Source: an uncultured Gammaproteobacteria bacterium | GTDB taxonomy: Bacteria > Patescibacteriota > Microgenomatia > 2-02-FULL-39-11 | Length of the DNA: 64,000 nt | Assembly (NCBI GenBank): GCA_964520615.1 | Contig: CAZFNL010000137.1 | Location: 84,898 to 148,897 of the forward strand | Direction: 5' to 3' | The notes under the pieces: model-generated | What the model was told of the DNA's origin: nothing | What the model saw: only the letters and a program-made list of their open reading frames with translations | Database searches by the model: none | Position numbers and translations under genes: made by a program | In this document: positions 58,546 to 64,000 of the stretch, piece by piece | How the letters are laid out: every line of letters starts with the position of its first letter | Numbering within the stretch: the stretch's first letter is position 1

Positions 58546-60254
58546 CTTAATTTTGTGTCCCGAAATAATGATACATATACTAACAAAATTAGGCTTAAAA
58601 TGGAAATGGCATTTGACAGTGTTCTCACAAGTGTATTGCCGAAATTGAATTCCAATATATGATTCCCGGAAGAAACAAAAACATCTATAAGTCCGTTTTT
58701 GACACTTATTACCTCATTTTTTCCGTCAATTTTGGCCTGCCAGCCGGGAAAATAGGCTATTTGGGAAGTAAAACTTCCTTTTTGTGAGACATATATACTA
58801 TATTTTTTCTGCGTGGCCGACTCCGCCAAAATACTCAATATATTCAAATTGCTGCCCGATATCAGATTGTGGTAGACAACTTCTGACTGCCTTTTTGGGA
58901 TAAAAATTCCCGGTGGCAAATACTCATCTGATATTTTGGAAATCTTAAATCTCAAATTGTCAGAACTTGTGTAGTAAGACTGCTGAAACTGGACATATTC
59001 TTTAGGCTGGAAATACTTATAATTCAGAAAAACAGCGGGAATAACAAGTATTATAGCAAGTGGCATGGCAAATTTCCTTTTCAAAGGCAAAAATACGACG
59101 GCTGATACGGCCGAAAGGCTAAAGACGGCAAATGTCAGAAAACGCCAGGGATACTGTATAAAGGAAAATCCCGGAAGAATCCGCCAAAATAGTGATGACT
59201 CCTCCAGCATAAAATAAACCGATATGGGAAAGATGGCAAATATCAACAGAATGAATCTAAATATGCCCTCCGACAGCTTTTTGCGGAAGTATAGGAAAAA
59301 TAAAACCGCAACTGACAACAACCCCAAAAAAAGATTGTACTTCCCTATCTTAAAAGATAATCCATCTGCCCTACCGGGAGATGAACCGCCATACCCCCAC
59401 GGGGAATTCCACAGCTGGTCTGGATAGACAAAATTTGACGAATAATTGCTTCCACCCATTGTAAGGCTTTCCACCCTGGTGTATCCTTTTTCAATTACAG
59501 CAGGTATGGTAAAAAAAGCTGACAGACCGACTCCCAATGCAACTGTAAGAATAAGTGAAAATAACAGGCTGAAACCCCTCTTTTTTATTAAACTGTAAAT
59601 AAAGAGAAACAAAAGCCCGCAAGAAATAAAATACAGAGTGACCATTCCCAATATATTGTGTGACAAAAGAATCCCTGCAAGGCCGTCAGAAGCCAAAAGG
59701 AGACCCAAACTTTTGTCTTTACCCCTTTTATTCTCTTTTTTATTTTCGCTTTTTTGGATTAAAAAGAGACCCAAAAAGAATAGCGGCAAAAAAGCCAAAG
59801 CATAATACTCTCCCACTGCTCCCCTGACATATATATCTACCGCATGATAAGGAACATATGTAAAAATGACTGCAGATACAATACCGGCCATATTTCCGGC
59901 AATTTCTCTGCCTAAAAAATACATTGATACTAAAGCCAGAAGGATTCCGACTGCGTACATCGTCTTAGTTGCAGATATCGCATCCATTCCGAGGATGTTA
60001 AAAGCAGCACCTACATAATAAGGCAAAGGCGCATAAAAATTGAAAATGGGATAACCGTATCCATATCCCAAATCCTGAACCATTCGGACCGGAAACTGTC
60101 CTTCTTTCAGAGCTTTGGCCATCTCATACACACGGGAGGGCTGGGTATCGTCGTGTACAGGAAAAAAACCGCGGACAAAAAGCGGCCTGACAACCAAATA
60201 TGATAGCAGGAAAATGACAGCAATGCAGACGACTTGCACAAAAAATCGTCTCAT
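58521..60254 (-). CDS. YfhO-like polytopic membrane protein, family B copy 2.
   Basis: 577 aa. FPVHDDTQPSRVYEMAKALKEGQFPVRMVQDLGYGYGYPIFNFYAPLPYY, and a C-terminal YFPGWQAKIDGKNEV..GNHILEFNF domain plus a terminal TM. Confidence 0.5.
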   Translation of the reverse strand: MRRFFVQVVCIAVIFLLSYLVVRPLFVRGFFPVHDDTQPSRVYEMAKALKEGQFPVRMVQDLGYGYGYPIFNFYAPLPYYVGAAFNILGMDAISATKTMYAVGILLALVSMYFLGREIAGNMAGIVSAVIFTYVPYHAVDIYVRGAVGEYYALAFLPLFFLGLFLIQKSENKKENKRGKDKSLGLLLASDGLAGILLSHNILGMVTLYFISCGLLFLFIYSLIKKRGFSLLFSLILTVALGVGLSAFFTIPAVIEKGYTRVESLTMGGSNYSSNFVYPDQLWNSPWGYGGSSPGRADGLSFKIGKYNLFLGLLSVAVLFFLYFRKKLSEGIFRFILLIFAIFPISVYFMLEESSLFWRILPGFSFIQYPWRFLTFAVFSLSAVSAVVFLPLKRKFAMPLAIILVIPAVFLNYKYFQPKEYVQFQQSYYTSSDNLRFKISKISDEYLPPGIFIPKRQSEVVYHNLISGSNLNILSILAESATQKKYSIYVSQKGSFTSQIAYFPGWQAKIDGKNEVISVKNGLIDVFVSSGNHILEFNFGNTLVRTLSNAISILSLILLVYVSLFRDTKLRWPIRKNQ

Positions 60255-60261
60255 AAAAAGA

Positions 60262-61899
60262 TTAGGCAGAAGGGCGTTTAATTAATCGAAGGACAAGAGA
60301 TCTTAAAAGCAAGACTGCTGCAGCCGATAAACTAAACAGGGATATCATATCAGACCAGAATCTGACCGGGGTTTCTGTAAATTTGCCCTCCACCAATTTG
60401 TTACCGACAGGAACATTAACTGTAATTAACCCTTGGGGACTTGACCGGTAATCTATGGGCACTTCAACTCCCCCAACATAAAATTTCCATCCGGGAAAAT
60501 ATATAGTGTTTATCGTCACTGTATTGGGCTGTTCCGTGATGGTTCTGAATGAGATTTCATGGGAATTATACTGCAAGTTGTACAAGGTAGATTTGGCTTT
60601 GGCAAGAATAGCTTTTGGTCCAGTATAGCGGTTTTCCGGTTTCTCTTTTACCCATATAGGCATCAGTTCATCTTTGGATGTAGTAGTAGCATCATTGGTA
60701 GCATAATAAACATCAGGTTTATTGATATATACATCCGGATGGGCGAAATTCAGACTGAATATCACTGTAACAACTACCAGTATTCCTCCTATTATTCTAG
60801 TATTCTTATGAGTGGAAAGGAAAATTGACGACATCGCAAGGAAGAATGCTAAAGGCGTCAGAAGCCTCCAGGGAAAATCAAGCCATGAAAGAGGAGGAGC
60901 ACTCCAGAAATCAGCCGAAAAGGGATGGGCGAAAAAGATTAAAACCGCAATTGAAGAAATGATAAAAATCGCAAGTGGCATATATTTTTTACGATCAATC
61001 TCAGATGAAACCATTAGGCTTATAAAACCCAAAATACCGGCCAATATATGCGCCCAACCCAACTGGAATGAAGGCTTGTCTCCCCAACTCCAAGGCGAAA
61101 GAAGAAAGTCAGGTAATCTGATAAAATTCTGGGAAACGTCAGCAAGCTTTATTTGAGAAAGAATAAGGTAATTTTTTTCCAAAAGTGCAGGTATATAAAA
61201 ATATGCCGCCAGTCCCAATCCCAATAAAATCATAGGAAGAAAATACCGCCAGGAGTAGAGTTTTATATCTTCATAATAAGAAATTACGGAAACATAAAGA
61301 AATACTATCCAAAATGGAAAAAAAACCAAAGCCATGATGTTATGAGCCAAAATCATAAACGCCAAAACAAATGAACACAGTACCATTTTTACCGAAGTAG
61401 GTTTTAATACATACTTCAAAGACAGATAAAATAGAAGCGGAAAAATAGCCAGACTGAGCGATTCGCCTATAGATCCCCTAACATACAAATCAACCAGTCT
61501 GAATGGAGCCACAGTATAAAACACAGCAGATAGAAACCCGGCATAATCGCCTGCCAGTTCTCTCCCGAGAAGAAACATAAAAATCGCAGAAAAAAAGACG
61601 CTTGCAACAAATATAATTTTTATAGAATCAGTAAGACCTATATGCACCAGTCGGAAAAGTATTCCTATATAAAAAGGTGCTGGGTAGGTAAATGAAAAAA
61701 GAGGGTAACCGTACCCGTGGTTAAGATAATCTGACCAGCGAGGCGGAACCTGCAAGTCTTTTATTTCACGTTGCATTTCAGCCAGGCGCACTATCGACCA
61801 TTCACCGTCCTGAGTGGCAAAAAAGCCTGTTCTGAAATATGGCTTGGTATATAAAAGTACGACTATTAATATGACAATAAAAGGCAGAAATCTTCTCAT
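60262..61899 (-). CDS. YfhO-like polytopic membrane protein, family B copy 3.
   Basis: 545 aa. FATQDGEWSIVRLAEMQREIKDLQVPPRWSDYLNHGYGYPLFSFTYPAPFY, and a C-terminal YFPGWKFYVGGVEV..GNKLVEGKF domain. Confidence 0.5.
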   Translation of the reverse strand: MRRFLPFIVILIVVLLYTKPYFRTGFFATQDGEWSIVRLAEMQREIKDLQVPPRWSDYLNHGYGYPLFSFTYPAPFYIGILFRLVHIGLTDSIKIIFVASVFFSAIFMFLLGRELAGDYAGFLSAVFYTVAPFRLVDLYVRGSIGESLSLAIFPLLFYLSLKYVLKPTSVKMVLCSFVLAFMILAHNIMALVFFPFWIVFLYVSVISYYEDIKLYSWRYFLPMILLGLGLAAYFYIPALLEKNYLILSQIKLADVSQNFIRLPDFLLSPWSWGDKPSFQLGWAHILAGILGFISLMVSSEIDRKKYMPLAIFIISSIAVLIFFAHPFSADFWSAPPLSWLDFPWRLLTPLAFFLAMSSIFLSTHKNTRIIGGILVVVTVIFSLNFAHPDVYINKPDVYYATNDATTTSKDELMPIWVKEKPENRYTGPKAILAKAKSTLYNLQYNSHEISFRTITEQPNTVTINTIYFPGWKFYVGGVEVPIDYRSSPQGLITVNVPVGNKLVEGKFTETPVRFWSDMISLFSLSAAAVLLLRSLVLRLIKRPSA

Positions 61900-63393
61900 T
61901 TATCGTTTATTTATTATACCTGGCTGCACCAACACCTGGTAAAAAAGTAAAAATGTATCACTGTTGCCTCTCCTGTATTTCCCGATAAGTTTTAATGGCC
62001 AGTTGGAAGGTACTTGCTGGGTTTCCTTAAAAACCAGGTATGTCGGATACTTTTTTGCGCTTTCCAAAAGCACGGATGGAATATTCCCTACTGGCCAGTA
62101 ACCGTGTATATCTATATTTTTGTCATTACCCAGATATATCTGAAAAACCGCAGGAAAAAGCCCAAAGGTACCTTCGGTCCCCAATACGATTTTACCATAT
62201 GATGATTTATCTTTAAGATATGTTATTACCTCATTCACCCCGTAACCAGAAGGCCAATTGTTAAATAACTGATTCCTGTCAGTGACAGGTATGGCTGCAT
62301 TTACCGGATTTGTGAGCAAAAGAAATGATTGATATAAAGGAAAGATCACTATAATCGGAATCACAATAAGAAATGCCTTCATTTTTTTCGACGAAAAAGA
62401 ACCAAAAGCGGTAAGAGTATAACCAACTATAACAAGAAGCGACATTGTCATAAAAAGAAGAAATCTTGGAAAAAGCACCTTACCAAAGGCAGCCAGTGCC
62501 AAAAAAGGCACTAAAAACCAAAAGTATAAAAGAGCCAATCTATTATCTTTTTTAATAATTGCAAATATAAAAATGACAATAAGCACAACATCAACAGGAA
62601 CAGTCATATAAGGAATTAAAAACTGAAGCAATCCGTGTAGATTCGGCAGAAATACAGAAAATGGTGCATGAAAAAATTCCGGCACTGTGTATATGAAGGA
62701 ATAATTCTTTTGCTTTATAAGATAAAACCACGGAGATAATCTCAAAGAGTTATACATTACTTCAGCGATAAAGGTACTTATCAGGCTCAGACCAACCCAT
62801 TTAAGAAGCCTTCTTATTTTTTTCTTTGCCTTAAAATCAAATAAGACTAAGCTGAAAGGCAAAAGCAGAATATAAAAAAGGGCGGAAGACTTGGTCAAAA
62901 GTCCCAATCCTACAGTCATTCCCAAAAGAAGAGCAACATCAAGTCTGATTTTTTTAACTAGAAGAATTTCCAGATAAAGACTCCATATTCCTATAGTTGC
63001 CAAAAGACTGTCCATAAGCGCCAACCTATCATACAGAAGGTTAAAAGGTGCTATCATATATAATATAGAGCTTGCTACAGCAGCTTTCTTACCAAAAAGA
63101 TTTCTTGCCACAAGATATATACCCACTACCGCTGCCACTCCAGAAAGCACCGAGACAAACCTACCGGCAAAAAGTGGGTCATGAAAAAGCTTGAACATGG
63201 GATACATGAACCATGTCAAAAGGGGTTGTTTGCCGTCGGTAAGTGCTATATACCTTTGAGCAGGATCTGCCAGCCCGATTTGGGCCCAACGGATGTATAT
63301 AGCCTCATCGGTAAAAATAGGTATATTCAAGAGATTTACCACTCTTGTAACAAATGTCACAATAGCAATACCAATAACCAATAATACTTCCAT
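61900..63393 (-). CDS. PMT_2/ArnT-like GT-C glycosyltransferase, a divergent copy outside the tandem array.
   Basis: 497 aa. IPIFTDEAIYIRWAQIG has a DE..Y loop-1 motif, followed by about 11 TM segments. Confidence 0.5.
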   Translation of the reverse strand: MEVLLVIGIAIVTFVTRVVNLLNIPIFTDEAIYIRWAQIGLADPAQRYIALTDGKQPLLTWFMYPMFKLFHDPLFAGRFVSVLSGVAAVVGIYLVARNLFGKKAAVASSILYMIAPFNLLYDRLALMDSLLATIGIWSLYLEILLVKKIRLDVALLLGMTVGLGLLTKSSALFYILLLPFSLVLFDFKAKKKIRRLLKWVGLSLISTFIAEVMYNSLRLSPWFYLIKQKNYSFIYTVPEFFHAPFSVFLPNLHGLLQFLIPYMTVPVDVVLIVIFIFAIIKKDNRLALLYFWFLVPFLALAAFGKVLFPRFLLFMTMSLLVIVGYTLTAFGSFSSKKMKAFLIVIPIIVIFPLYQSFLLLTNPVNAAIPVTDRNQLFNNWPSGYGVNEVITYLKDKSSYGKIVLGTEGTFGLFPAVFQIYLGNDKNIDIHGYWPVGNIPSVLLESAKKYPTYLVFKETQQVPSNWPLKLIGKYRRGNSDTFLLFYQVLVQPGIINKR

Positions 63394-63453
63394 AACAATC
63401 TCAAGCCATTATAGCATTTATAACTCATTAAAAAGACATTTGTCAGACTGACT

Positions 63454-63927
63454 TTACGGTTTTGGGAAACATAGCTGACGAAGAAGTACAAGTATAAAAA
63501 CTGTAAAAACAGGTAGTACAAATAGTAAATTCTCCATGGGAAGTACACTACCTGAATAATCTCCCGCAAAGATAAAAGGAGCATACCGCAACATTGCCCC
63601 CAAAGTTAGAAAAACCGTAAACAGCTTCAGATTGAAACTCTTGCGAATAAGAGCTGTTATTCCCACAAGAGGTATGAAATACCATGGGTACGGCTCCCTA
63701 TAAATTATTTCCGCTCCTATTCCCAAAAAAGTTAAAAGGTACAAAGTGTATAAACCCCATCTGCCCAGTTCTACTTTCCTAAATTTATGCAGAATAAAAA
63801 CCGGCAACAGTAAAAGCGTGGCATATTTTACGCCTGCAGAGAGGAAAATTGCCAAAAAGCCTGAGATTTCTTTTTTTTTAAGGAAGAAAAGATAAATAGC
63901 CGCTAGAAGAAAAGTTAGCATCAACAC
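63454..63927 (-). CDS. Hydrophobic membrane protein, possibly the C-terminal part of a larger gene whose start lies beyond the window.
   Basis: 157 aa with four hydrophobic segments. The frame may stay open upstream toward position 64000. Confidence 0.3.
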   Translation of the reverse strand: MLMLTFLLAAIYLFFLKKKEISGFLAIFLSAGVKYATLLLLPVFILHKFRKVELGRWGLYTLYLLTFLGIGAEIIYREPYPWYFIPLVGITALIRKSFNLKLFTVFLTLGAMLRYAPFIFAGDYSGSVLPMENLLFVLPVFTVFILVLLRQLCFPKP

Positions 63928-64000
63928 CTCGTTATGAGGACTGACTATTGACTCAATTATTACAAGTGGGTTAAGTGCAAAAAAAGCTACAGATGCGGTA

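Overview
This 64 kb, AT-rich, gene-dense window is almost entirely one glycan-biosynthesis and glycosylation island. About 50 of the ~55 genes are on the minus strand, often with 1-4 nt start/stop overlaps, and I found no rRNA, tRNA, CRISPR array or transposase. The main contents are: (i) a partial asnB-like amidotransferase, a GT4 glycosyltransferase and a NodU/CmcH-type carbamoyltransferase; (ii) a CDP-3,6-dideoxyhexose-type pathway: RfbF cytidylyltransferase, RfbG-like CDP-glucose 4,6-dehydratase, an E1 dehydrase (DdhC/RfbH-like) carrying the diagnostic His-for-Lys substitution and a C-X57-C-X1-C-X7-C motif, a ThDP-dependent acetolactate-synthase-like (YerE-like) enzyme, a three-domain sugar C-methyltransferase-like protein, a RmlD/RfbJ-like reductase, and a CDP-paratose-2-epimerase-like gene about 40 kb away; (iii) an unusual trio of HpcH-like aldolase, 3-dehydroquinate-synthase-like cyclase and SDR reductase; (iv) 12 GT2 and 3 GT4 cytoplasmic glycosyltransferases, several with the C-terminal membrane anchors typical of polyprenyl-phosphate-sugar synthases; (v) about 16 polytopic GT-C-type membrane proteins. 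The GT-C set includes a 12.5 kb head-to-tail tandem array of 7 full-length and 1 internally deleted PMT_2/ArnT-like (GT39/GT83-type) paralogs that keep the loop-1 'DE' motif. It also includes four YfhO-like proteins, a PIG-V-like protein and a Wzx-like flippase. There are also heptanucleotide tandem repeats flanking rfbF, with an inverted, in-frame heptamer/poly-A insertion inside the dehydratase gene. Gene content, overlaps and GT-C expansion suggest an uncultivated, possibly Patescibacteria/CPR-like organism, but that is inference only. All functional calls come from motifs I recognised by eye in the supplied translations; I ran no searches.
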